A stretch of DNA of 31,214 bases, from positions 1 through 31,214 of the forward strand of contig CADEFG010000001.1 of assembly GCA_902826505.1 (NCBI GenBank), read 5' to 3'. Shown here in pieces: positions 7,729 to 16,700 of the stretch (the first letter of the stretch is position 1; every line of letters starts with the position of its first letter). Under the pieces are notes generated by a model, which was given only the letters and a program-made list of their open reading frames with translations, was not told where the DNA came from and did no database searches. Source of the DNA: an uncultured Acidobacteriota bacterium (GTDB lineage: Bacteria > Acidobacteriota > Blastocatellia > Pyrinomonadales > Pyrinomonadaceae). Made by a program: the position numbers and the translations under genes.

Positions 7729-10700
7729 CTACTGCGAAATAACAAAGTCTATATCATTTCGAGCTTCGTTAACGACTAAAACCCGCGTCGGATTTTCGAT
7801 CTGATAACGCCGGCTTTGGGCGGAAATTATGTATGTTCCGCCGACCGGAACATTTTGAAAATGATAAAAGCCGAAGGAATTACTCACCGCCGTTCTGGTG
7901 TTTCCGTTTGAATCCGTTAAAGAAATCCGCACATTTACCTGTCCGTTGCCTTTTCCATTTATGATCTTTCCGCCGATCAAGACATTCGCTGCCGTCGGGG
8001 TAAAATTCGAGATGATCGCACCGCTGCGGGCAGGTAAGGTCACGACAATATTTCCGCCCGAAACCGTGTGGGTTCCGGTTGGCGCAAGCGAACTGTTACT
8101 CAAAGCATCGGTTAAAACGGTTCCGTCCGCAAAATATGCGCCGACCGGAATTGTTGCCGTATTCGATGTCGTACCGTTGTTCATGACAACGATTATTTTT
8201 TCGCCGGCGTCATACCGAACAAAGGCAAAAGTGTTGTTGTCAGTTGAACTTGCGGTAATGTCACCCATCAAGAGCGTTGCAAAATTGCCGGTTCGCAAAG
8301 CCGGATGATTGCGCCGCAACACTCCGAGCGACGTATAAAAATTGATCAAACCGGTGTCTGCCGGACCATAAACATTTTGATTTCCGGCTTCATCCGACCA
8401 CGGATACGGAGCACGATTATACGGATCGTCTTCGGGAAGTCCGCTTCCGTTGTTGGCAAGCGAAGGCGCATTGATTCCGGCTTCGTCACCGTAATAAACC
8501 ATCGGCGCTCCCGTGTAAGTAAACTGGAAAACCGCCGCGAGTTTGAGCCGTTCTTTGGCTTCCGTGTTAGATTCAAACGAATTTTTGAGCGTGAAAAGGG
8601 CACGATTCGTGTCGTGCGAATCGATCAAATTAAGCATTGCAGCTTGCGCCGCCAAAGGATAATCCTCACGAATCGCCATCATTGCGCGGTTAAATTGCGA
8701 AGGCGTGAGCCCGACGATTTTATTGCCGCCGTTGTTGTCGTTGTCTTCAAAATCAAAGCCGCGCGCAAAACCAAGCAGATTTTTGCGGAAACGATAATTC
8801 ATCACGCCGTCGAGCTGATCGCCTGCCAGATATTGACTCGCGTCTTGAAAAACTTCGCCGATCAGCGGTCCATCCGCTTTATAAGTTTTCGCATAACCGC
8901 GATACTCGTTCCACCACTCGTGCGAGATGTCGGGCGCAACGTCGAAGCGCCAGCCGCCGGCGCCGCGATCATACCAAAACTGCGTGACATTATTGGTTGG
9001 CGTGCGGTAGAAAAAGTCTTTGACATCATTACTTTCGTTAAAAGCCGGAAGTCCTCCGAAGCCGAACCAACCTTCGTAATCGGTAAAATCGCAAGGCGCG
9101 TCCGTGTTAAAGAAATTGAACCAACTGCGATACGGCGAAGCTAAACTTTCACACGCGCCGACAACGGGTGAACGTCCGTAATAATCAAAATATTCGCTGT
9201 CCTGCGACATATGATTCCAAACGCCGTCGAGAATTATTTTCATATTCCGGGCGTTTGCCGCCGCGACCAAAGATTGAAAAGCCGCATCGCCGCCAAGCTG
9301 CGGCGCGATTCCGAGATAATCGTCGGCATCGTAACCGTGATTTGAACGCGCCTTAAAAATCGGATTGAGATAGATCGTATCAAAACCCATATTTTTGATG
9401 TAATCCAGCTTATCCTGCACGCCTTTCAAATCGCCGCCGTAAAATTGTGCGCCGTACGCATTGTTATTGCCCGTCGCTCGCGGGTCAACCATCTGCGTAT
9501 TCCACGTCGTTTGAATAATATTGTCGGTTATCAATCCGCCGTAAAGTGATGGACAGCCCGTCGTATTTCCGCCCCGGCACCAGTCGTTGGTAATGTCGCC
9601 GTTGCGGAAACGGTCGGGAAAAATCTGGTAAACAGCCGCGTTATGAAGCCACGCCGGAGTCGTAAACCCTGCGTCATAAACCGTTAGTTGAAAAGAACTA
9701 AATGGTTCGCCCGAAGCTGCCGCGCCGTCGCCGCCCTGTCCAAGATTATCGTGATCGTCCGTGTAAGCGTCGCTGTAAAATGCCGTCGCCGTCCCGTCAA
9801 CCACGCGGAATTTGTAATAAATGATCGAAGGCGTCGAAGGAGCAACATAATTTACCGAATAGATCGCATAGGTGATCGCGCCTTCCGTCCGGTTTTCAAG
9901 AAAGACAAGCGGGAATTCCTGCGCCGCATCGGTCGTATTGGTCTGCGGATTATATTTATAAACTTTTAGATAAACGTTCGAAACGTCTAATAAATCGGTG
10001 CGGAATTTGAGATTGACCGTCGAACCGGTCGGAACTGCACCGAACGGCGAACGATAATAGCTGTCGAAAGTATCGTGTTTCAAGCCGAGAAATTGAATAT
10101 CATCAGTGCTGACGGTTTGGTCGAGCGAAAATGGTTTGGTCGCAGTCGTGTCGTTTGTATTGACCACCGCAAAATAACGATTCCAATTTCCGGGCGTATT
10201 TCCGCCCGCATTGCCCTGCGGAACTTGTCCGTAAATAAATCCGCCGGACGAACTCAAATATGCCGTAAAAACAAATGAAGCTGGACGACCGGCGCCCGTA
10301 ATCGTTGACCATGGAATCGCCAATTCGCGCACATTTCCCGCCCCTGAAGCATAATTTCCAAAGCCCGACGCGCCGAAATTCCAGCCGTTTGCACCATTTG
10401 CCGTGTTGTAATCACGATAACCGTCTTTGAAATAGGCACGAAAATCGGCGCGAAACGGAAAAGTTCCGATTGCCGTCGAATCGTAATTCAAAGCCGCGAG
10501 CGTTCCGTCCGCATCAGTGCCGCCGTTCGGCGGCGAAACCGGATTACGGTCAATCGCCAAAACCGCGCCTTCCGCCAGATTGGCATTTGTCACAGCAACG
10601 TAAAGATTCGCATTATCCCACGTCAGATACCAGATTTGCGACGAACTCGTGCCTTGCTGATTTTGACCGTCAACATGCACTCCATATTCAGCCGGCGAAA

Positions 10701-10800
10701 TCACACCGTCAATCGTCGGCGTGTTAAATTGGGCATTTGCCTCGAAGAACGCAAAAAAAAGACACAAAATAAAAATCACAACGACCGATGTTTTTTTCAT
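7729..10800 (-). CDS. Secreted GH13 alpha-amylase/neopullulanase-type enzyme with an N-terminal DOMON/CBM9-like module and a C-terminal carboxypeptidase-regulatory-like domain
   Basis: GH13 regions ILDGVWNH (I), GWRFDVA (II), GEVFQ (III), NLIDSHDT (IV); also VYQIFPDRF, GGDLKGV, SNHGYD. Signal peptide MKKTSVVVIFILCLFFAFFEANA from ATG 10800 (the ORF track extends to 10866). Confidence 0.92.
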   Translation of the reverse strand: MKKTSVVVIFILCLFFAFFEANAQFNTPTIDGVISPAEYGVHVDGQNQQGTSSSQIWYLTWDNANLYVAVTNANLAEGAVLAIDRNPVSPPNGGTDADGTLAALNYDSTAIGTFPFRADFRAYFKDGYRDYNTANGANGWNFGASGFGNYASGAGNVRELAIPWSTITGAGRPASFVFTAYLSSSGGFIYGQVPQGNAGGNTPGNWNRYFAVVNTNDTTATKPFSLDQTVSTDDIQFLGLKHDTFDSYYRSPFGAVPTGSTVNLKFRTDLLDVSNVYLKVYKYNPQTNTTDAAQEFPLVFLENRTEGAITYAIYSVNYVAPSTPSIIYYKFRVVDGTATAFYSDAYTDDHDNLGQGGDGAAASGEPFSSFQLTVYDAGFTTPAWLHNAAVYQIFPDRFRNGDITNDWCRGGNTTGCPSLYGGLITDNIIQTTWNTQMVDPRATGNNNAYGAQFYGGDLKGVQDKLDYIKNMGFDTIYLNPIFKARSNHGYDADDYLGIAPQLGGDAAFQSLVAAANARNMKIILDGVWNHMSQDSEYFDYYGRSPVVGACESLASPYRSWFNFFNTDAPCDFTDYEGWFGFGGLPAFNESNDVKDFFYRTPTNNVTQFWYDRGAGGWRFDVAPDISHEWWNEYRGYAKTYKADGPLIGEVFQDASQYLAGDQLDGVMNYRFRKNLLGFARGFDFEDNDNNGGNKIVGLTPSQFNRAMMAIREDYPLAAQAAMLNLIDSHDTNRALFTLKNSFESNTEAKERLKLAAVFQFTYTGAPMVYYGDEAGINAPSLANNGSGLPEDDPYNRAPYPWSDEAGNQNVYGPADTGLINFYTSLGVLRRNHPALRTGNFATLLMGDITASSTDNNTFAFVRYDAGEKIIVVMNNGTTSNTATIPVGAYFADGTVLTDALSNSSLAPTGTHTVSGGNIVVTLPARSGAIISNFTPTAANVLIGGKIINGKGNGQVNVRISLTDSNGNTRTAVSNSFGFYHFQNVPVGGTYIISAQSRRYQIENPTRVLVVNEARNDIDFVISQ

Positions 10801-10888
10801 AGCTTTCAATAATAATAGAACTTTGTTTGGATTGACTACAAAGTTTATATCTTTTTCTTGAAACATTCAAGAATTTTTTGAGATTTTC

Positions 10889-10930
10889 AAGAAAAAAAGC
10901 ACCGAGAATATCCTCAGTGCTTTTTTTCTT
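10889..10930 (-). terminator. Rho-independent terminator downstream of the CapA-family gene
   Basis: AAGAAAAAAAGCAC(C)GAG / CTC(A)GTGCTTTTTTTCTT. The single mismatch becomes a U-G pair in the minus-strand transcript. Confidence 0.75.
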
Positions 10931-10946
10931 GAGTTTGTCTGGAAAG

Positions 10947-12074
10947 CTATTTCGTAAAACTGCCGTCATCGGAGATTTTCGGAGCGTTGGCGGCGAAATC
11001 GGCGGTCGAAAGCTCGCGCACTTTGCGTATCGCCGCGCCGTCCGCATCCAAAACCGGTCCGCCGCGCCCGAGTTGTTTACCGGCATAGATTTTTCCGCCG
11101 ACAAATTTTCCGTCTGCCGCGAGCTTTATTTCAAATATCGCCGTCAGCGCGGTTTCGGCACGAAGCGAGAACATTCCGTAGGTCGCAAAATTTCCCATCG
11201 AATAATTGATCAGACGGTCTTTGTAAATTTCCATTCCGCGCAGCACGTGCGGACCGTGACCGAGCACCAAATCCGCGCCCGCATCGATCACCGTCCGCGC
11301 AAAAAGCGGCAGATTGCCGCGCTTTTCAGTGCCAAAAATTTCCGTCTTGTTCGGGACATGCTGGGCGTCTAAGCCTTCCGCGCCGCCGTGAAACGAAACG
11401 ACGACCAGCTCGGCTTTTTTATTCGCTTGTTCGACCAATGTCCGTGCCAGCATCAGATCGTTGACGTTCGGCACGATATTATTATGCGCGAAACCGATAA
11501 AGGCGATGCGTTTGCCTTTCGATTCGACGATTGTCATTGCAAACTGCTGGCGGTCGCTGCCGGCGTGTTTAATCCCCAAATCGTCGAGAACTTTTCGCGT
11601 GCTCGTTCTGCCGTAATCGCCGAAATCGCCGGCGTGATTATTGGCGAGACTCAAAACGTCAAAACCCGCGTCTTTTAACAATTTTCCGTAGCGCGTCGGG
11701 ACGCGAAAAGCAAAACAACGCGTCGCATTCGGCGGGCATTTCTCGGTTTTTCCGCCTTCGAGCAGCGGACCTTCGAGATTTCCGAAGGTTATATCGGCTT
11801 TTGAAAGCAGCGGCGTGACTTCTTTCAAAATATCCGTGCCATCATTTGGCGGCAAAAAAGTCTCGTCGATCGAAGTTGAACCGAGCATAATATCGCCGAC
11901 GGCGGCAATCGTGATCGTTTCATTATCGACGGTTTTCGGCGGCGTCGGCGTCGGCGTCGGCGTCGCGGCGCTGACGGTATCAGACCTTAGCGCGGATTTC
12001 GTCTGACACGCTAAAAGCACGCAAATCCCTAAAATGATCGCCGAAATGGAAAGTAAAATTTTCTGTTTTGTCAT
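10947..12074 (-). CDS. CapA-family (poly-gamma-glutamate synthesis/metallophosphatase-fold) lipoprotein
   Basis: Motifs VGDIMLG, GNLEG, LSLANNHAGDFG, SFHGG, GHGPHV, YSMGNF. Lipobox-like LLAC and a TPTPTPTP linker. Start could be 12074 or 12089. Confidence 0.9.
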   Translation of the reverse strand: MTKQKILLSISAIILGICVLLACQTKSALRSDTVSAATPTPTPTPPKTVDNETITIAAVGDIMLGSTSIDETFLPPNDGTDILKEVTPLLSKADITFGNLEGPLLEGGKTEKCPPNATRCFAFRVPTRYGKLLKDAGFDVLSLANNHAGDFGDYGRTSTRKVLDDLGIKHAGSDRQQFAMTIVESKGKRIAFIGFAHNNIVPNVNDLMLARTLVEQANKKAELVVVSFHGGAEGLDAQHVPNKTEIFGTEKRGNLPLFARTVIDAGADLVLGHGPHVLRGMEIYKDRLINYSMGNFATYGMFSLRAETALTAIFEIKLAADGKFVGGKIYAGKQLGRGGPVLDADGAAIRKVRELSTADFAANAPKISDDGSFTK

Positions 12075-12117
12075 ACGTTTCAAAATCACACCGAACCTAA
12101 GATGCCAAAAATTCGCG

Positions 12118-12576
12118 TTAGTTTTGCTTGTCGGAAAGATTCAGCGTCGTTACTTCGGCTTCTTTTTCCTTGGTCGAATCGTGTGGTTTTTCACGATTCA
12201 AAATCTCATACAAAACTCTGCCTTCGCGCAGCAGATACCACGCCGCCGCGCCGTAGAATCCGGTCAGAATAAGAAACCAGACAAATGTTTTAACGTTCTC
12301 GCCCTTAAACTTATCCGTGATGGATTCATCCGTTTTTTCTTTATTCTCCGTATTGTCGGACGCGTTATAATTACCGGTCGGCGAAATCGGCTGCACCCTG
12401 ATCGTCGGGTTAGAATTGACCGCGATGTTGGCGTTTTTCGTGTTCGCATCAATTTTCGGCAGCGTAAAAAGCGCCGGAATCGAACCTATCAAACCAAATA
12501 ACGAAACAAGTGTCAAATATGCAAAATAAACACCGACCAGGCGGATGATCAGCCAAATTACCTGATATTTATTCAT
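12118..12576 (-). CDS. Hypothetical membrane protein with two hydrophobic segments
   Basis: VIWLIIRLVGVYFAYLTLVSLFGLIG and FVWFLILTGFYGAAAWYLL flank a polar loop. Start is 12576 or 12588. Confidence 0.7.
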   Translation of the reverse strand: MNKYQVIWLIIRLVGVYFAYLTLVSLFGLIGSIPALFTLPKIDANTKNANIAVNSNPTIRVQPISPTGNYNASDNTENKEKTDESITDKFKGENVKTFVWFLILTGFYGAAAWYLLREGRVLYEILNREKPHDSTKEKEAEVTTLNLSDKQN

Positions 12577-12596
12577 CTGGAACTCCAATTTCTGCG

Positions 12597-12630
12597 AAAA
12601 AAGCGGAACGCGCCTCTGATCGTTCCGCTT
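12597..12630 (-). terminator. Rho-independent terminator
   Basis: AAGCGGAACG / CGTTCCGCTT 10-bp stem with a T-run on the minus strand. Likely ends the glm operon transcript. Confidence 0.65.
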
Positions 12631-12725
12631 AATATAAAACCTACATCAAACAAAAATTCTATCCGACCGTCGCGGATTTCGCCAAATTGCGCTGCTACTC
12701 AAAATCCTTCGATATCGAGTACTTA

Positions 12726-13202
12726 TTAAAGAACTAAAAAATTTTTCGAGTCCTGATATACAACTAAAATCTTTTTCTCTGTTAAAGTTTCGGCAAATTT
12801 TCTGGCTAATGATGTTTCGAAGCAACATTCGTCATTGCCGATCATGAATCGCACCTCAAATATTTCTGTGTCACTTCCTTTGTTTGTGAGCAAACAATCA
12901 GTTATCACACCTTCAAGCAACGGATTTTTGTAAGTTAAATTTCGTTTACGTTTGAATTTTCGGTAAAACCAAAATATTAGGCTGAATAAAATCGGACCGG
13001 AAACTAATAGAAGAATCAATTTAATTTCAAAATCAATATTCGACCACCATAAAAATCCTATTAAAAGAAAGACCAAAGGAAATGACATTAACAATTCAAA
13101 GACATCGTGTTTTTCCTGTCCGGTCCATATCGTATTCCCTTCGATAAATTCTACGTTTTCAGGATGAAACAGATAATATTGTGTAATATCACTTCCTTTC
13201 AT
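12726..13202 (-). CDS. AT-rich hypothetical membrane protein
   Basis: 158-aa ORF with two hydrophobic segments (LLMSFPLVFLLIGFLWW; LILLLVSGPILFSLIFWFY), starting 5 nt after the glmS stop. Confidence 0.65.
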   Translation of the reverse strand: MKGSDITQYYLFHPENVEFIEGNTIWTGQEKHDVFELLMSFPLVFLLIGFLWWSNIDFEIKLILLLVSGPILFSLIFWFYRKFKRKRNLTYKNPLLEGVITDCLLTNKGSDTEIFEVRFMIGNDECCFETSLARKFAETLTEKKILVVYQDSKNFLVL

Positions 13203-13207
13203 TCGTG

Positions 13208-15067
13208 TTACTCGACCGTCACGGATTTCGCCAGATTGCGCGGTTGGTCAACGTCGCAACCGCGCCGGACAGCGATGTGATACGCCAGCAATTGCAAAGG
13301 CACGACCGAAAGAATCGGCGCGAGCAGATCGGAAACCTGCGGGATTTCGACGACATGATCCGAAACCACCGAACTCATCTTGTCGCCCTCGGTCAGGACG
13401 GAGAAAATAATTCCGTCGCGCGCCTTGACTTCAACGATGTTCGAATGCGTTTTTTCATAGCGCAATTCGCTGCCTTCGTTGCCCTGTTCGCGCGTGTTGA
13501 TAATGACGACGGGCAGTTTTTCGTCGATCAGCGCGTTCGGACCGTGTTTCATCTCGCCCGCCGGATAGCCTTCGGCGTGAATGTAGGAAATTTCCTTGAG
13601 CTTTAAAGCGCCTTCGAGCGCGACCGGAAAATTAATCCCGCGTCCGAGATAAAGAAAATCCTGCGACCGGAAAAACTCGCGCGAAAGCTCTTCGATCGTA
13701 TCGGCATCGCTTAAGATTTCTTCGATCTTGAGCGGCAATTCGATCAATTCCTGCGCGTGTTTTTTGACCTGTTCTTCCGAGAGTTTTCCGCGCAGTTCGC
13801 CCAAATACAGTGCGAAAATATAAAGCGCGATGATCTGCGACGTAAACGCCTTTGTCGAAGCGACCGAAATTTCCGGTCCGGCGTGCGTCAGAATCGTGCC
13901 GTCGGCTTCGCGCGTGATCATCGAACCCTGCACGTTGCAGATCGCCAAAACTTTGCAGCCCGCTTGTTTGGCTTCGCGCATCGCGGCGATCGTGTCGGCG
14001 GTTTCGCCCGATTGCGAAATGACGATCAAAAGATCCGATTCGTCCAAAACCGGATTGCGGTAACGAAATTCCGACGCGTAATCAACCTCGACCGGCACTC
14101 GTGCGAGTTCCTCGATCATATATTTGGCGGCAGTTCCGGCGTGCCAGCTCGTTCCGCACGCGGCGATCTTGATCGAGCGCAAGTTACGAAAATCTTCTTC
14201 GGCAATATCCATCGCGTCGAGGTAAACTTTGCCCGTATCTAAGGACACGCGCCCGCGGACGGTATCGCGTACGGCGCGCGGCTGTTCGTAGATTTCCTTT
14301 AAAAGAAAATGTTTGAAACCGCCTTTTTCCGCCATGATCGGATCCCAGGTGATGCGCTGTTGTTTCGGTTCGACGACGTTGCCGTCAAAATCCGTGACGC
14401 GCACCGAATCTTTCGTCAAAACGGCGATTTCCTTTTCGCCGAGATAAAAAACGTCGCGCGTGTGCTGTAAAATCGCAGGAATGTCGGACGCGACGAAAAA
14501 TTCTCCGTCACCGAGACCGATGACGACCGGCGGACCTTCGCGGACAGCGATAATCTTGTCGGGTTCGTCCGAAGAAATCAGCGAAAGCGCGAAAATCCCT
14601 TTTAATCTTTGAACCGATTTGCGCACCGCTTCTTCAAAATTCAAGCCTTCCTTTTGATATTCTTCGACCAGATGCGCGACGATTTCCGTGTCGGTTTCGG
14701 TCTTAAATTCGTGACCTTTTTCCTGCAATTCTTTTTTCAAGGTCAAATAATTTTCGATAATTCCGTTATGCACGACAACGATCTTGCCCGTGCAGTCGCG
14801 ATGCGGATGCGCGTTTTCCTCGGTCGGGCGCCCGTGCGTCGCCCAGCGCGTATGCCCGATGCCGTAATTTCCGTCCAAAGGATTCAGGCGAATCGCTTCT
14901 TCGAGATTGCGCAATTTTCCCTCGGCACGCCGCAATGAAAGATTGCAATTTTCATCAACAACCGCAATCCCGGCGGAATCATATCCGCGATATTCCAACT
15001 TTCGCAGTCCGTCAATAATCAACGGCACAACTTGTTTATTTCCAACGTATCCAACAATTCCACACAT
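13208..15067 (-). CDS. glmS: Glutamine--fructose-6-phosphate aminotransferase (isomerizing)
   Basis: N-terminal [61 protein letters not shown], and C-terminal [13 protein letters not shown]. Confidence 0.99.
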   Translation of the reverse strand: MCGIVGYVGNKQVVPLIIDGLRKLEYRGYDSAGIAVVDENCNLSLRRAEGKLRNLEEAIRLNPLDGNYGIGHTRWATHGRPTEENAHPHRDCTGKIVVVHNGIIENYLTLKKELQEKGHEFKTETDTEIVAHLVEEYQKEGLNFEEAVRKSVQRLKGIFALSLISSDEPDKIIAVREGPPVVIGLGDGEFFVASDIPAILQHTRDVFYLGEKEIAVLTKDSVRVTDFDGNVVEPKQQRITWDPIMAEKGGFKHFLLKEIYEQPRAVRDTVRGRVSLDTGKVYLDAMDIAEEDFRNLRSIKIAACGTSWHAGTAAKYMIEELARVPVEVDYASEFRYRNPVLDESDLLIVISQSGETADTIAAMREAKQAGCKVLAICNVQGSMITREADGTILTHAGPEISVASTKAFTSQIIALYIFALYLGELRGKLSEEQVKKHAQELIELPLKIEEILSDADTIEELSREFFRSQDFLYLGRGINFPVALEGALKLKEISYIHAEGYPAGEMKHGPNALIDEKLPVVIINTREQGNEGSELRYEKTHSNIVEVKARDGIIFSVLTEGDKMSSVVSDHVVEIPQVSDLLAPILSVVPLQLLAYHIAVRRGCDVDQPRNLAKSVTVE

Positions 15068-15074
15068 AATTTAT

Positions 15075-15974
15075 TTAATTGCAAATAAGTTTTCGGTCAA
15101 CCTGATTTCCGAAAAAACAGCCCTTTTCTTTATTTACATAAGATTCAGGCTTATCTGCCTGTTCAAAGTATTTTTTTATTCCTTCAAATCTACTCGGAAT
15201 GTCTATTACAGTCACAGTGTTTGTTTTGATGTCAATTTCAATTTTGGCTCTAGAAGATAAATAGCTTTGAAGAAAATAAATTAAATAATGAGTTTGTTTA
15301 TTTGGGCTCGATGCCGTTCCGCTTTCTCCACAATAACCTAACTGTATATTTTCCAGTACAAACTTTTCCGTTCTTGTGTCGCCTTCCAAAAGGTCAGACT
15401 CTTTCGGTTTATCAATTGATTCAAGAAATTTCTCTGATTTTTCAGCCGCTTGCGGAGAATCGGTGAGCGAAAGATGTCTCGCAAAAGTATAGTAAAAAAT
15501 TTCTCCCGTCGGCGATTTTTTATTTTCTAGTAATTGGTGCCATTTTTCCGTTTCTTCATCAAACTCCCAATGCTGAGCCATTGCGCTCGGCAGATGCTTT
15601 AAGCAGTAAAGAATACTGATTTTAGAATAATTTTGTTTTTCCTTTATTTTCTCCGACAAAATCGAGGAATTATCCAGATTTTTAATTAAACTTTCGACTT
15701 CCGAGAGTTTTTCTCTAGTGCCGGTAACGCTGATTTCATTTTCATTTAGAGCAAATGAAAGACTCGCGTTCTTGGAAAGAATCTTCCAAATATTTCCAGT
15801 CAAAACCTTTAATTTCTCTCTTTCTTCTCCGCCTTCACAAGCACAAAGTAAATTTATGTTTTTCAACTGAAACCGGTCAAAATAAGGCGTATCTTTAGAA
15901 TTTTCCTGCGCGAAAATAGGCGCGACAAAACAAATTGTGAGCAAAATTAAACTGTACAAAATTTGTCGTTTCAT
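15075..15974 (-). CDS. Exported protein with three Secretin_N/NolW-like repeats and no secretin barrel
   Basis: Signal peptide MKRQILYSLILLTICFVAPIFA. Repeats ...LSKNASLSFALNENEISVTGTREKLSEVESLIKNLD, ...GEIFYYTFARHLSLTDSPQAAEKSEKFLESIDKP and ...LSSRAKIEIDIKTNTVTVIDIPSRFEGIKKYFEQADKP resemble the vdertNsliV.gtpe.le.ie.li..LD.P pattern. The domain call is by eye. Confidence 0.65.
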   Translation of the reverse strand: MKRQILYSLILLTICFVAPIFAQENSKDTPYFDRFQLKNINLLCACEGGEEREKLKVLTGNIWKILSKNASLSFALNENEISVTGTREKLSEVESLIKNLDNSSILSEKIKEKQNYSKISILYCLKHLPSAMAQHWEFDEETEKWHQLLENKKSPTGEIFYYTFARHLSLTDSPQAAEKSEKFLESIDKPKESDLLEGDTRTEKFVLENIQLGYCGESGTASSPNKQTHYLIYFLQSYLSSRAKIEIDIKTNTVTVIDIPSRFEGIKKYFEQADKPESYVNKEKGCFFGNQVDRKLICN

Positions 15975-15977
15975 ATC

Positions 15978-16406
15978 TTAAGCGGCTTTTTTAACTTCTT
16001 CGGCGAGCGCGGCGATAAATTTTTTGTCCCGTAATAATCGGTTTTCAACTTCTTCGAGCTTTAGTTCGTCGTCCATCACGGCGCGAAGTTTTTCGTTTAA
16101 TAAAACTTGCAATGATTCGATTTCTCCCGATTCGGCGTGTTGTTGAAAATGTCTTAAAATATCCAAATCGAGCTTCATCTGAAATTCTACTTTTATATTC
16201 GAAGGATGCAAATCTTCTTTTTTGGCAAGACGTTCGGGCGAAACGCGATGGAATTTATGTTTGCCCGGTTTGAGCAATTCATCTTCGGGAATGCCGCAAG
16301 CCAGATCACGATCAAAGTCTTCCTGCTTTACTTCGATGACAACTTCTTTTTCGGTTTCCTCAATAACTCCGAACCGAAACGGTTGAACTTCATTCTCCTT
16401 TTCCAT
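15978..16406 (-). CDS. brnA: BrnA-family antitoxin
   Basis: VEFQMKLDLDILRHFQ...LQVLLNEKLRAVM matches the BrnA ribbon-helix-helix region. ATG at 16406 overlaps the brnT 3' end. Confidence 0.8.
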   Translation of the reverse strand: MEKENEVQPFRFGVIEETEKEVVIEVKQEDFDRDLACGIPEDELLKPGKHKFHRVSPERLAKKEDLHPSNIKVEFQMKLDLDILRHFQQHAESGEIESLQVLLNEKLRAVMDDELKLEEVENRLLRDKKFIAALAEEVKKAA

Positions 16407-16683
16407 AATTTTCTTCCGCGTATTCTTTCTGATATTTTGCTTCCGCTTTTCGCGCCGTAATAATCCGAATCGTTTCCGAACTAACGCGTTCGGCATAAAT
16501 CACAAAAAGCAATCTTCGACTCGAAAACCCGATTATATAAAATCTTTCCTCATCTTCGGAATGTTCCGCATCAAAACCGCGAACCGCACTCAAATCATAA
16601 AATACCTCAACTGCCTCATCGAAACTTACACCGTGATTTTTGATGTTCAGCTCAGCTTTGCTGATGTCCCATTCAAATTTCAT
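16390..16683 (-). CDS. brnT: BrnT-family ribonuclease toxin
   Basis: MKFEWDISKAELNIKNHGVSFDEAVEVF...HSEDEERFYIIG...LLFVIYAER...IRIITARKA is the canonical BrnT pattern. Confidence 0.92.
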   Translation of the reverse strand: MKFEWDISKAELNIKNHGVSFDEAVEVFYDLSAVRGFDAEHSEDEERFYIIGFSSRRLLFVIYAERVSSETIRIITARKAEAKYQKEYAEENYGKGE

Positions 16684-16700
16684 TGAATATTTTGTGATGT

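Noticed and set aside
11938-11966. (CGGCGT)n repeats here, and similar tracts at about 6957-6977 and 26203-26220
   Set aside because: They encode ordinary Pro-Thr linkers in exported proteins.
13160-13210. Possible Tn7 insertion at attTn7 downstream of glmS
   Set aside because: No TGT-initiated Tn7 end, repeated TnsB sites or tns genes are visible.
15060-15080. glmS ribozyme
   Set aside because: Only 7 nt separate glmS from the upstream gene, and no ribozyme core was recognised.
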